DNA of 64,000 nt, taken from Oscillospiraceae bacterium. GTDB taxonomy: Bacteria; Bacillota; Clostridia; Oscillospirales; Acutalibacteraceae. The notes beneath the pieces are model-generated. The model saw only the letters and a program-made list of their open reading frames with translations. It did not search any database and was not told the DNA's origin. Below, piece by piece: positions 37,384 through 47,661 of this stretch. Every line of letters starts with the position of its first letter. Position 1 is the stretch's first letter. The stretch is from the NCBI GenBank assembly GCA_012520505.1, contig JAAYOC010000011.1:9686-73685 (forward strand). The letters are read 5' to 3'. The position numbers and the translations under genes were made by a program.

Positions 37384-37581
37384 ATGGAAAACAACGAATA
37401 TATTTACAAAGATAATGAAAAAACTTTTATGGAAGTTATGATCGGTTGGGTTCGTGGAATTATTGAAACAATTCTTCCTTTCACAAAATATGGACCATTT
37501 CCGGAACTTCTTGATAGACTCTTTGCATCCAGGTTTGCAAAACTATTCTTAGCTTCTTATGCTATGATTGGTATGATGTAA
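37384..37581 (+). CDS. 65-aa hypothetical protein translationally linked to the URO-D-like gene
   Basis: AAGGAGGAAAAGTA precedes the ATG, 12 nt after the upstream stop. The sequence MENNEYIYKDNEKTFMEVMIGWVRGIIETILPF...LFLASYAMIGMM is partly hydrophobic. Confidence 0.55.
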   Translation: MENNEYIYKDNEKTFMEVMIGWVRGIIETILPFTKYGPFPELLDRLFASRFAKLFLASYAMIGMM

Positions 37582-37643
37582 TTTAACTACTTTTTATGAT
37601 AAATAAGTTAAACTTAAAACATTTCAAAACTTATTTAAGAACA

Positions 37644-37669
37644 AAAGCACCGCTTCAAAGCGGTGCTTT
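37644..37669. terminator. Bidirectional terminator between the convergent URO-D unit and tetR
   Basis: AAAGCACCGC-loop-GCGGTGCTTT with A and T flanks on both sides. Confidence 0.75.
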
Positions 37670-37696
37670 TAAACTGCGAATTAAATTCTTACATTT

Positions 37697-38236
37697 TTAT
37701 TCATTGGATTTAAACATTCTAAAAAGAATTCTTGAAAGATTCTCATATTCAAACTCTTTCTTTGTCGCCGCATTTAAAAGAATTTCTGAAAGAAAAATCG
37801 AAACATACTCATCTGTTTCATTATAACAACGAACAAGAATCTCATTCAAAATTTCTGAAAGCTGAGCAATAAGTAACTCAAAATATACAGGCATTTCTTT
37901 GCGAACATTAATTTCCTTACCATATTGAGTCCATACAACGTTATATTTTTCTACAAAAAACGATACGCCATCGTACATAATTTTGAATCCCTCATGGATA
38001 TCTAAAGCTGAAGAACATTTATGTTCAATATCTTTAATAATTGTAATCCAATCTTTAAGCATAATTTTTGCAACGAGCATATCTTTTGATTTGTAGTAAT
38101 TATATACCGTTCCTACAGCAATACCACAATCCTCAGCGACACCTCTCATTGTCATGCTTTGATAACCTTTTTCAAAAAGCAATTTTTCAGCACTGGTAAG
38201 AATTTTTTCTTCCAGATTTTCAATAATTTTTGGCAT
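37697..38236 (-). CDS. TetR/AcrR-family transcriptional regulator
   Basis: 179 aa. The N-terminal HTH is GYQSMTMRGVAEDCGIAVGTVYNYYKSKDML. Confidence 0.9.
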   Translation of the reverse strand: MPKIIENLEEKILTSAEKLLFEKGYQSMTMRGVAEDCGIAVGTVYNYYKSKDMLVAKIMLKDWITIIKDIEHKCSSALDIHEGFKIMYDGVSFFVEKYNVVWTQYGKEINVRKEMPVYFELLIAQLSEILNEILVRCYNETDEYVSIFLSEILLNAATKKEFEYENLSRILFRMFKSNE

Positions 38237-38246
38237 AATACACCTC

Positions 38247-38266
38247 TATATGAACTAATTCATATA
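38247..38266. promoter_or_regulatory. Candidate TetR operator (perfect 8-bp inverted repeat)
   Basis: TATATGAA-CTAA-TTCATATA lies 10 nt upstream of the tetR start, abutting its SD (AGAGGTG). Confidence 0.45.
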
Positions 38267-38358
38267 GAATTCTATCATAAGCAAAAGGTTACTGTCAACG
38301 ACATTTAGCAGGTTCTTTGATGAAAAAATAACAATAATTTTAGTGAATATATACAAAA

Positions 38359-39723
38359 CTAGTTCATTACTGAAAAGCTATCATTTTTAGGGAATTGTTC
38401 AAGAACAACAAATAAAAATGTCAGTACTACTAAATATATAGGTGCAAATATGCCTGGATTTACTAGAGATATAAGTTCAAGTCCTATAAAAGAAAAAATG
38501 ATTGGCTCACTTAATTTGGAAGATTTCTTTGATAGAAATCTTATTCTTGCAATAAATTGATATCCATATGCTAAAATACCTAAAATTCCAAAACTTCCAA
38601 GTACTTGTGGAATGGAAGAATGATACCAACAAAGTGTTCCCTGTTTTGAAGCATGTAAATCTCGGTTACCCATATATCCAAGTCCCCTACCGGTTATCGG
38701 ATTTGCAAGAAAATCTTCAATAGAACGTTTTAAAAGTCCAAGTCTGCGAAAATTCTCTTTACTGGATGTAAAACGCTCTATTGTATAACGCAAATAATGA
38801 CGAAGCTGTGGCACTATAATAATCAACACAACAACACATGCTATGACAATTGTAATCATAATTTTGCGATGTTTTTTGTCTACTATTATTTGATGAATTG
38901 TCAAAATCAAAAATTCAATACTACCAAATACCATACCACCACGTGAACCGGATAAAATCATTGCACACATAGTTAAAAATGCAATAGAAATAAAGCCAAA
39001 ATGTTTTTCTCTTGCCAAATAAAAAACAAACGGTAGACAAAGCATCATAATTGTACAGGCATTATTTCTCCATTGAAAAGGCAAAATATTAGGATCAAAA
39101 ATAAAATTCCACCAATTCTCGACATAATATTCTATAATTGCAAAAACAAGAAAACCACAACAACCGGTCATTATCTTTGCAATTCGTATATCAACCGGCT
39201 CTTCCCCATTCTTTCCCGGTCCCAAAACTGCACTAAAATATGAATAAACAACAATTGGAAGAATACCCAACGTAAACATATAAAAAAGATTGGTTCTAGT
39301 AAAATATTCTGTAGGAGTCATAATACCTACGCCACCCAAAATTGTAGCAAAAGCTACAAAAGACATAGGCAAAAGCAATTCCCCGCGTTTTGGCTCAATC
39401 TTTTTTCTATACACAATTATATGAAACAAGATGGCAAACAAAACAATTGGAATTGCCCAAACATATTCTATATACTCATCATACGAATTTTTATTTTGTA
39501 TAGTAAAACCGGAAAGCAACAACAATGGATATACTGCTGTTAAAGGATCGTCGCAAACCACTACAATTATACAAACTAAAAATCCTAGGTAAATTGAACC
39601 TGGGATTGTGTAGTTAAATATTACTATTAGTGCGGCAATAATGAACAGTATTACACCAAATACATCGCCCGCAAGAAATTGCCTTATCTTTAAAAGATTG
39701 CTTGAATTACTTGAAATATTCAT
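38359..39723 (-). CDS. O-antigen ligase/polymerase-like (Wzy_C family) polytopic membrane protein
   Basis: 454 aa with more than 10 hydrophobic segments and a central LSGSRGGMVFGSIEF loop motif typical of the family. Confidence 0.6.
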   Translation of the reverse strand: MNISSNSSNLLKIRQFLAGDVFGVILFIIAALIVIFNYTIPGSIYLGFLVCIIVVVCDDPLTAVYPLLLLSGFTIQNKNSYDEYIEYVWAIPIVLFAILFHIIVYRKKIEPKRGELLLPMSFVAFATILGGVGIMTPTEYFTRTNLFYMFTLGILPIVVYSYFSAVLGPGKNGEEPVDIRIAKIMTGCCGFLVFAIIEYYVENWWNFIFDPNILPFQWRNNACTIMMLCLPFVFYLAREKHFGFISIAFLTMCAMILSGSRGGMVFGSIEFLILTIHQIIVDKKHRKIMITIVIACVVVLIIIVPQLRHYLRYTIERFTSSKENFRRLGLLKRSIEDFLANPITGRGLGYMGNRDLHASKQGTLCWYHSSIPQVLGSFGILGILAYGYQFIARIRFLSKKSSKLSEPIIFSFIGLELISLVNPGIFAPIYLVVLTFLFVVLEQFPKNDSFSVMN

Positions 39724-39779
39724 AGTTGTATTATATCATATATGGGTAAATTTTCAAAACTTTTTATGGAGGGATATTT

Positions 39780-40064
39780 ATGAAACTAAAACCAGTTGCA
39801 GACCGTGTTGTTCTAAGGTCTTTTGAGGCTGAGGAGACAACAAAAAGCGGTATCATTCTTGCCGCTTCTGCACAAGAAAAACCAATAATGATGGAAGTTG
39901 TGGCAGCAGGTCCTGGAGGACTTGTTGATGGCAACGAAGTTAAAATGTTCGTAAAAAAGGGCGACAAAGTAATTGTCAGTAAATACACAGGCACAGAAAT
40001 AAAATTTGAAGACGAAGAATACACTATTGTTCGTCAGGCAGATATTCTTGCTATTGTTGAATAA
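39780..40064 (+). CDS. groES: Co-chaperonin GroES
   Basis: 94 aa. MKLKPVADRVVLR...GIILAASAQEKP...GDKVIVSKYTGTEIKFEDEEY. Confidence 0.97.
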   Translation: MKLKPVADRVVLRSFEAEETTKSGIILAASAQEKPIMMEVVAAGPGGLVDGNEVKMFVKKGDKVIVSKYTGTEIKFEDEEYTIVRQADILAIVE

Positions 40065-40072
40065 TGAAGTGA

Positions 40073-41731
<1,659 letters not shown>

Positions 41732-41804
41732 TTTCTAAGTTCAATATAGACTCTGATTAAATTGATTTAATAAATTTTTAGTATAGAATTAATCTATTTC
41801 CTTG

Positions 41805-41833
41805 TTGAACTTTATAACCTCTCGTGTTATTAT
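41805..41833 (+). promoter_or_regulatory. Weak candidate promoter for tRNA-Thr
   Basis: TTGAAC-17 nt-TATTAT, about 20 nt before the tRNA 5' end. No terminator separates groEL from the tRNA, so read-through is equally possible. Confidence 0.3.
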
Positions 41834-41852
41834 ATTTGCGTTGTGCAAGCAC

Positions 41853-41928
41853 GCTGATATGGCACAGGAGGTAGCGCACTTCCTTGGTAAGGAAGAGGTC
41901 ACCGGTTCGAATCCGGTTATCAGCTCCA
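41853..41928 (+). tRNA. tRNA-Thr (anticodon GGU), CCA encoded
   Basis: Manual cloverleaf: acceptor GCTGATA/TATCAGC, anticodon stem CTTCC/GGAAG with loop TTGGTAA, T-arm ACCGG-TTCGAAT-CCGGT, discriminator T, then CCA. Confidence 0.9.
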
Positions 41929-41934
41929 ACAATT

Positions 41935-41971
41935 ACAGCCGTTGATACATTGATATCAACGGCTGTTTTTT
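41935..41971 (+). terminator. Rho-independent terminator after tRNA-Thr
   Basis: 13-bp stem ACAGCCGTTGATA/TATCAACGGCTGT with a 6-nt loop, followed by T6. Confidence 0.85.
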
Positions 41972-42028
41972 ATTTATGTGAACTATTTCATTTTTTTTGA
42001 AAACTCTTCAGATTTTATCAGATAAAAA

Positions 42029-42610
42029 CTACTTTTTAATGCCATAATTTTTATCAACGGTTTCTTGAATACTTTCTACACTTTTCCTTTCAAATTCAAC
42101 ATCATTCAACATAATAAAGATTGTATCATTCGTCTCTATTGATGTAACTAGCCATTCCCCTTCAATATTTTCTAAGGTAAAAATATTTTCCCAACATACA
42201 AAAAAAGGATAGGCTTCTTTTTTATCACCGGCTATATTCACCTTAACTGTTGCTACATCATCCTTTACTGATATTTCTTCAAAAGATATTTTCATTGGTA
42301 ATTTTTTTACCTTATAATCTGAATATCCCTTTTCTAAGGCATATTTATTTCCAATAATGTAGCCTTCATAATAAGCGAGGTAATTTGCTCCAAACTTTGA
42401 TTTTTCATCTAAAACAGATGAAAAATCTTGCATTTCCCATTTCATACTACCATCATAAGACAAATCGTAAAATTGTTTTATAGTCGCTTTAATTTCGCAT
42501 TCTGCCTTCTTTTCCGGAGTATCATTTTTTACAATAAAAAACACTGATACTCCTAAAGCTATGACTAATATTGATAAAATAATTTTTATACTTTTTTTCA
42601 CAATAAACAC
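42029..42610 (-). CDS. Membrane-anchored extracytoplasmic protein of unknown function
   Basis: 193 aa. One N-terminal TM segment (IILSILVIALGVSVFFIV). Last gene of the sigma/anti-sigma operon, overlapping the upstream gene by 13 nt. Confidence 0.65.
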   Translation of the reverse strand: MFIVKKSIKIILSILVIALGVSVFFIVKNDTPEKKAECEIKATIKQFYDLSYDGSMKWEMQDFSSVLDEKSKFGANYLAYYEGYIIGNKYALEKGYSDYKVKKLPMKISFEEISVKDDVATVKVNIAGDKKEAYPFFVCWENIFTLENIEGEWLVTSIETNDTIFIMLNDVEFERKSVESIQETVDKNYGIKK

Positions 42611-43377
42611 TCCTGTTTTATAGTTTTTGCAAATTCTATTGCTTCTTCAGGATTCATCGGAAGTTGAATATAATAAGTAGTTAACCCCTCCCTATAAGTA
42701 ATTGCAGTTGTTTCATCTTGTGTAAAGCAATATACAGTTATATTTTCGAGCTCTATTATTTCAACATCACTTGTAATGTCAAGAATATCTGTTATTCCAA
42801 TCTTTCCTTCAATTAAATCCTTGTCCGTATAAATGCAACCATTCTTATTTTTGTATTTAAAATCTATAATTGCACTTGTTGCGACATCCGAAAACTGATA
42901 CTCAATATCTGTAATTACATAATCTCTAGAAAAGATTTTCTCCGGCAAAAGAATTTCATCGAAACCATTTTCAGCTAATTCTTTTGCAAGCTCAGTGCCG
43001 AGAAACTGATGATTATCCATTTTAATGTCTCTTTTATTGAAGTCAAACATAGAAGAAAACGATAACACCATAATTCCAATTATAATTGGAATAACTGCCG
43101 CAATCATTATTGCCTTCTTAAAAGCAAATTGGGTGTGCTTTTTAGCAAAACCTGTTTTTTCCCTCTTTTCATTTATGTTGATTGTTTTCTTTTCAAGCTT
43201 ACTTAACACATCTAAACAATGCTCGATAAGATCAGTATCAATTTTCTCTTCTGATTTTTCTAACTCTTCATCAATTATTTTATTTAGTTTTTCTTCAAGT
43301 GAACCGTTATCGAGCGATTTATCATTTATAAATGCCAAATAATCTTTATCTGTTAGCAAATTGTTTACCTCCTTCAA
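42598..43377 (-). CDS. Putative anti-sigma factor (single-pass membrane protein)
   Basis: 259 aa. An acidic cytoplasmic N-terminal region, one central TM segment (AIMIAAVIPIIIGIMVLSF) and an extracytoplasmic C-terminal domain. It lies immediately downstream of the sigma gene. The call is from context and topology. Confidence 0.55.
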   Translation of the reverse strand: MKEVNNLLTDKDYLAFINDKSLDNGSLEEKLNKIIDEELEKSEEKIDTDLIEHCLDVLSKLEKKTININEKREKTGFAKKHTQFAFKKAIMIAAVIPIIIGIMVLSFSSMFDFNKRDIKMDNHQFLGTELAKELAENGFDEILLPEKIFSRDYVITDIEYQFSDVATSAIIDFKYKNKNGCIYTDKDLIEGKIGITDILDITSDVEIIELENITVYCFTQDETTAITYREGLTTYYIQLPMNPEEAIEFAKTIKQECLL

Positions 43378-43421
43378 ATATATAGTCCTGAAAAACTTAA
43401 AATCTTACAAAAAATTCACAT

Positions 43422-43958
43422 TTAAATTTCTTCGTCTAAAATTTTTAAAGATATCATAATTGTCTTTTGTCTTAATCTAAACAGCCTTTGATAGATATTG
43501 TTTTCTGTTGTATTATGTTCTTTAGCAATTTCTGTTATTGGCTTTTCAAGTGTATATCTATCATGTAATAACAATTGCTCTTTTTCATTAAGCATATTTA
43601 TGACCTTTTCTTTTAACGCAAGAAGTTGTTCATCATCAATCGTAAAAAACTCATCAAATGAAAAATTTATACTGTCAAATTTTTGAAAGTCCGTATAAAT
43701 AATATTTTCCTTCTCTTTTTTAGTTTGATTGTAAATATCCTTAATCTTATTACTTGCAACTTTAAGTAACCAAGCCTTTGGATATTCTATGGTTTTTCCA
43801 TTTCCTAAAGCTTCCATTAAATCAAGAAAAACATCTTGAACACAATCATCAATATGATCAGGCAAACTCTTTAGCTTATAAATACATAATTTGCGAACTA
43901 ATGGTTCATATTCGTACCACAAATCATTTGCAAGTTTTTTATTATCCTTTAATTCCAT
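43422..43958 (-). CDS. Sigma-70 family (ECF-type) RNA polymerase sigma factor
   Basis: 178 aa. Region 2 (DDCVQDVFLDL, WLLKVASNKIKD) and the region 4 HTH (ITEIAKEHNTTENNIYQRLFRLRQK). Confidence 0.85.
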   Translation of the reverse strand: MELKDNKKLANDLWYEYEPLVRKLCIYKLKSLPDHIDDCVQDVFLDLMEALGNGKTIEYPKAWLLKVASNKIKDIYNQTKKEKENIIYTDFQKFDSINFSFDEFFTIDDEQLLALKEKVINMLNEKEQLLLHDRYTLEKPITEIAKEHNTTENNIYQRLFRLRQKTIMISLKILDEEI

Positions 43959-44031
43959 TTGTTTTCCTCTTTTAACTTAGTGCTAAATATGTTAATTACA
44001 ATTTTTTTAAAGTATAACACATTTCCGTTGT

Positions 44032-44059
44032 TTATTGTTATCACAATATATGCTATAAT
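44032..44059 (+). promoter_or_regulatory. Candidate extended -10 promoter for the 44103 gene
   Basis: TTATTG-16 nt-TGcTATAAT, about 45 nt before the ATG at 44103. Confidence 0.4.
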
Positions 44060-44102
44060 ACGATTACCCATAAAAGTAAAACATTGTAAGGAAGTGTTAA
44101 TT

Positions 44103-44777
44103 ATGGAAAAAGATAAAAAGAAAATTGCTATTATCATAGGTGTTATCGTACTTGTTTTGATACTCTTTATTTCCCTGTTCGCTATCTTTTTTAAGGATTA
44201 TAAAAAGCCAAGTAATGAAACTCCTAGTGTAAATAAAAATGTTTCTGACACCAATGATGTTTCTAATACTGATAGCAGTACGGTACCTCCTGAAAAAGAA
44301 TCCAGCACTGAAGAAGAACCTGTCAATAAATACAATGATGTATCTAAAATTGTTGCAGACTTGCCTAAAAAAGAAGCCCTAGATGCACTATTTGCCCTGC
44401 TAAAAGGATATTGGATAACTGAGGAAAATTCATTTGTTTTCTTCTCTGTTAATAACAAAGGACAACACTATGTTGGGCATGGTTTATTTCAAACCGAATT
44501 TTGCAGAGAAGGTAAACTTATAGATGCTACTCCTGTAAGTAAATATGAGATAAAACTATTAGTTTATTTTCCGGCTATACCTGCAACAGAAATGTATGAT
44601 GCTGTTCCCGAAACAACTGAAACCTTCTATCTGGATGTAACCGGACTTAAATCATCTAACGGTGCTGTTTCTAAAGATTCCAAAATAATTTTTAAGGCTG
44701 ATGGTCTTGAAACATATACTTATGTTCCTGCAGGTAATACCTTAGACGAAGCTTTTAAAAAATGGGATAAAAGCTAA
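44103..44777 (+). CDS. Membrane-anchored extracytoplasmic protein of unknown function
   Basis: The ORF-track ORF starts at 43959 inside the divergent promoter region. The ATG at 44103 follows AAGGAAG and gives MEKDKKKIAIIIGVIVLVLILFISLFAIFF (TM anchor), an S/T/N/E linker and a globular domain. Confidence 0.65.
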   Translation: MEKDKKKIAIIIGVIVLVLILFISLFAIFFKDYKKPSNETPSVNKNVSDTNDVSNTDSSTVPPEKESSTEEEPVNKYNDVSKIVADLPKKEALDALFALLKGYWITEENSFVFFSVNNKGQHYVGHGLFQTEFCREGKLIDATPVSKYEIKLLVYFPAIPATEMYDAVPETTETFYLDVTGLKSSNGAVSKDSKIIFKADGLETYTYVPAGNTLDEAFKKWDKS

Positions 44778-44860
44778 TATTATCAAAAACTTTTGTTTGT
44801 ATATTAAAAGAAAAAATAACTTTGTATCAACTATCCTGTACTTAATCAACCGAAAATTAG

Positions 44861-44904
44861 AAAACAGCCGTTATACAAACTTCTGTACCAACGGCTGTTT
44901 TTTT
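44861..44904 (+). terminator. Rho-independent terminator, homologous to the one at 41935
   Basis: AAAACAGCCGTT-17 nt loop-AACGGCTGTTTTTTT. The arms are nearly identical in sequence to those of the tRNA-Thr terminator. Confidence 0.7.
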
Positions 44905-44945
44905 AACAAAATATACTTAATGCTGATATTAAGGGGTGTAATATC

Positions 44946-45860
44946 ATGACAATTTATATTGATGGTGAACAAATAGTAAAAAATAATAGGCAAGATACCA
45001 AGGAACATAACGAAGAAATTTTATACATCAATAAAACTGAAAACAGAGAACAAATTTTAAATGAATTTGATTTAAATTTTATGTCAAAAATCAAATACGA
45101 AAATCTCTGCTTTGAAAGCCATAAAAACTTTGCTTATTTTTATTTTTTGATACCAAATGAAGATTTAACTACTCTGGCTTCCGAACGCATTGAGGTTTTT
45201 TATACTAATAAAAAAACCATGCTCTTATTCTATGAAGATACATCGCCTATCGTTGATACAATAATTGAAACTTTATTGTCAAAAAATGAAGAAATAAATA
45301 CACTTAAAGATACACTTCTATATATGCTGAACTTATTAAACACACAATATGTTGTTCGTATAAATGAAATTGATGATAAAATTACTAATTTAGAGGACAC
45401 CTTAGTTAATGAACAAAAAATAGACTATATTAGTGAAATAAGTACTCTTAGAAAACAGTTGTTGACTCTAAGACGGTACTATGAAGGTATGCTTACCCTT
45501 ATGGAAGATTTAGAAGAAAATCGCAACGGTATATTTAGTGAAGATGCTCTTCGTTTATTCCATTTTCAAACTCAAAGGGCAGAACACCTTTATCACAACG
45601 TATTAAACCTACGTGATTATTTAACTCAAGTGAGAGAAGCATACCAGGCTCTTTTAGACATTGAAGCAAATAAAGTTATGAAACTATTTACAGTAATTAC
45701 TGCTACCCTTTTGCCTCTAAATCTATTAGTAGGTTGGTACGGAATGAATCTATATATGCCGGAAGTTGCTTCTCATTTTACCTACCCTATCATTATCTTT
45801 ATTTCTATTACCATTGTGGTAAGCTTGAGTACATATTTTAAACGAAATCGTTGGTTTTAA
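44946..45860 (+). CDS. corA: CorA-family divalent cation (Mg2+/Co2+) channel
   Basis: 304 aa. Two C-terminal TM helices with the signature YGMN loop (LLVGWYGMNLYMPE). Confidence 0.88.
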   Translation: MTIYIDGEQIVKNNRQDTKEHNEEILYINKTENREQILNEFDLNFMSKIKYENLCFESHKNFAYFYFLIPNEDLTTLASERIEVFYTNKKTMLLFYEDTSPIVDTIIETLLSKNEEINTLKDTLLYMLNLLNTQYVVRINEIDDKITNLEDTLVNEQKIDYISEISTLRKQLLTLRRYYEGMLTLMEDLEENRNGIFSEDALRLFHFQTQRAEHLYHNVLNLRDYLTQVREAYQALLDIEANKVMKLFTVITATLLPLNLLVGWYGMNLYMPEVASHFTYPIIIFISITIVVSLSTYFKRNRWF

Positions 45861-45928
45861 TTTATACATATCACAATTTTCATATTAAACATAGTATCGA
45901 TATATCTAACATAGGAGGAAAACATAAA

Positions 45929-47527
45929 TTGGTCATCATTTTAATTGTGATTTCAATCATTGTTATGATGAGTGTTCTATTGAGCGTTCTATCTGATAAA
46001 TCAGGCATTCCAATGCTTTTATTTTTCATTGTTTTTGGTATGGCAATTGGTAACACATCGTTTGCTATGCCTTCTAATTCATTTGAAATTGCCAGCAAAA
46101 TCTGCTCAATTGCCTTGATTTTTATAATGTTTTACGGTGGATTTGGAACAAGATGGAAAGCGGCAAAACCAGTTGCAGGAAAGGCAATCATTTTAGCTTC
46201 ATTCGGTGTTTTCTTAACCGCTGCTCTAACAGGTTTATTTGTTCATTTTGTTATAGGTTTTCCACTTATTGAATCTCTTCTCCTTGGTAGCGTAATCGGT
46301 TCAACCGATGCTGCTTCTGTCTTCTCAATTCTTAGACGACGCAAGTTATCTCTTAAAGATAGTACCGACTCATTATTAGAAATGGAATCAGGTTCTAATG
46401 ACCCTTTTTCATATATTCTCACAATAGTTTGTCTTTCTCTGCTAGTTGACGGTATTACTCCGGGTAAAGCTTTTTCTATGCTATTTTTACAAGTAAGCAT
46501 GGGAATTCTTGTTGGGTCTATAATTTCAGCATCACTTGTTTTTTTTATAAAAAGAAACATTTTCTTTAAGGGTGGCGGAAATGAAGTTTTCACGATAGCA
46601 ATTGCATTAATGGGCTATGCTTTAGCAGAAATCTTAGGTGGCAATGGTTATCTTAGCGTATATATAATTGGAATCGTTTTAGGCAACCAAGATTTCCAAG
46701 CAAAAAATAGTCTTGTTGCATTTTTCGACGGAATAAATATGCTCGCACAAATCATAATTTTCTTCGTGTTAGGTCTATTATCAAATTTAGAAAGTATCAT
46801 AAAAGTATTCCCGGTTGCGCTTATAATTATGCTTTTTATGACATTCGTTTCAAGACCTGTCAGTGTGTTTGGACTTATGACATTTATGCCAAATTCTTCC
46901 CTGCAACAAAAAGCTGTTGTCTCGTGGGCAGGAATTCGTGGAGCGGCAAGTATCGTTTTTGCTATTGTTGCAGTTAGTACTGTAGAATTGCATTACGATT
47001 TATTCCACATAATTTTTGCAATTGTCTTGCTATCATTAGCTATCCAAGGAGGGCTTATGCCGGCAGTGGCAATCAAGACTAAAATGTACGATCCTCAAGG
47101 TAACATTATGAAAACCTTTTCTAATTACCAAGAAGATAAAAATGTACAGTTTGTTTTAACCGAAATCTGTGATAATCATCCTTGGATTGGAAAAGCTTTA
47201 AAAGATATTTTTCTTCCACCGGATATTCGCATTGCAATAATTGAACGTGGCGATGAGCAACTTATCCCGGATGGTCAAACAATCCTAGAACTAAACGATA
47301 ATCTCATTCTTACTACCCTTGATTTTAATGATGAACTTGATCATATTTCACTTCGCGAACGTGTAGTTAAAGAAGGAGATAAATTCGATAATAAATATAT
47401 TCGCGACATTAAACTTAAGGAAAATCAACGCATAATTTTCCTTGAACGAAATGGTAGAACCATTATTCCGACTGGTGACGTTAAATTAATGCAAGATGAT
47501 ATTATACTGATAAATCATCTCAACTAG
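45929..47527 (+). CDS. K+/H+ (cation:proton) antiporter, NhaP2/CPA1 type, with C-terminal TrkA_C (RCK_C) domains
   Basis: The ORF-track start at 45851 overlaps corA. An in-frame TTG at 45929 lies 10 nt after AGGAGG. Polytopic, with an ESGSNDPF motif. The C-terminal soluble repeats resemble RCK_C. Confidence 0.8.
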   Translation: MVIILIVISIIVMMSVLLSVLSDKSGIPMLLFFIVFGMAIGNTSFAMPSNSFEIASKICSIALIFIMFYGGFGTRWKAAKPVAGKAIILASFGVFLTAALTGLFVHFVIGFPLIESLLLGSVIGSTDAASVFSILRRRKLSLKDSTDSLLEMESGSNDPFSYILTIVCLSLLVDGITPGKAFSMLFLQVSMGILVGSIISASLVFFIKRNIFFKGGGNEVFTIAIALMGYALAEILGGNGYLSVYIIGIVLGNQDFQAKNSLVAFFDGINMLAQIIIFFVLGLLSNLESIIKVFPVALIIMLFMTFVSRPVSVFGLMTFMPNSSLQQKAVVSWAGIRGAASIVFAIVAVSTVELHYDLFHIIFAIVLLSLAIQGGLMPAVAIKTKMYDPQGNIMKTFSNYQEDKNVQFVLTEICDNHPWIGKALKDIFLPPDIRIAIIERGDEQLIPDGQTILELNDNLILTTLDFNDELDHISLRERVVKEGDKFDNKYIRDIKLKENQRIIFLERNGRTIIPTGDVKLMQDDIILINHLN

Positions 47528-47626
47528 CTTAATTTAAAAAATCATAAAAAATCATAGTTAAGCAATTTTAAGTAGCAACTAACTATAATCGTACAACAAG
47601 CTATAAAATCATAAAATTAATACGAA

Positions 47627-47654
47627 AACCCGGACTTTTAACTAAGTCCGGGTT
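47627..47654. terminator. Bidirectional terminator between the convergent antiporter and GH2 genes
   Basis: 11-bp stem AACCCGGACTT/AAGTCCGGGTT with a 6-nt loop and A/T flanks. Confidence 0.8.
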
Positions 47655-47661
47655 TCACTTT

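Noticed and set aside
43977-43986. CIRCE-like string TTAGTGCTAA.
   Set aside because: It is an isolated half-site with no inverted partner 9 nt away. It sits in front of the ECF sigma gene, not a chaperone operon.
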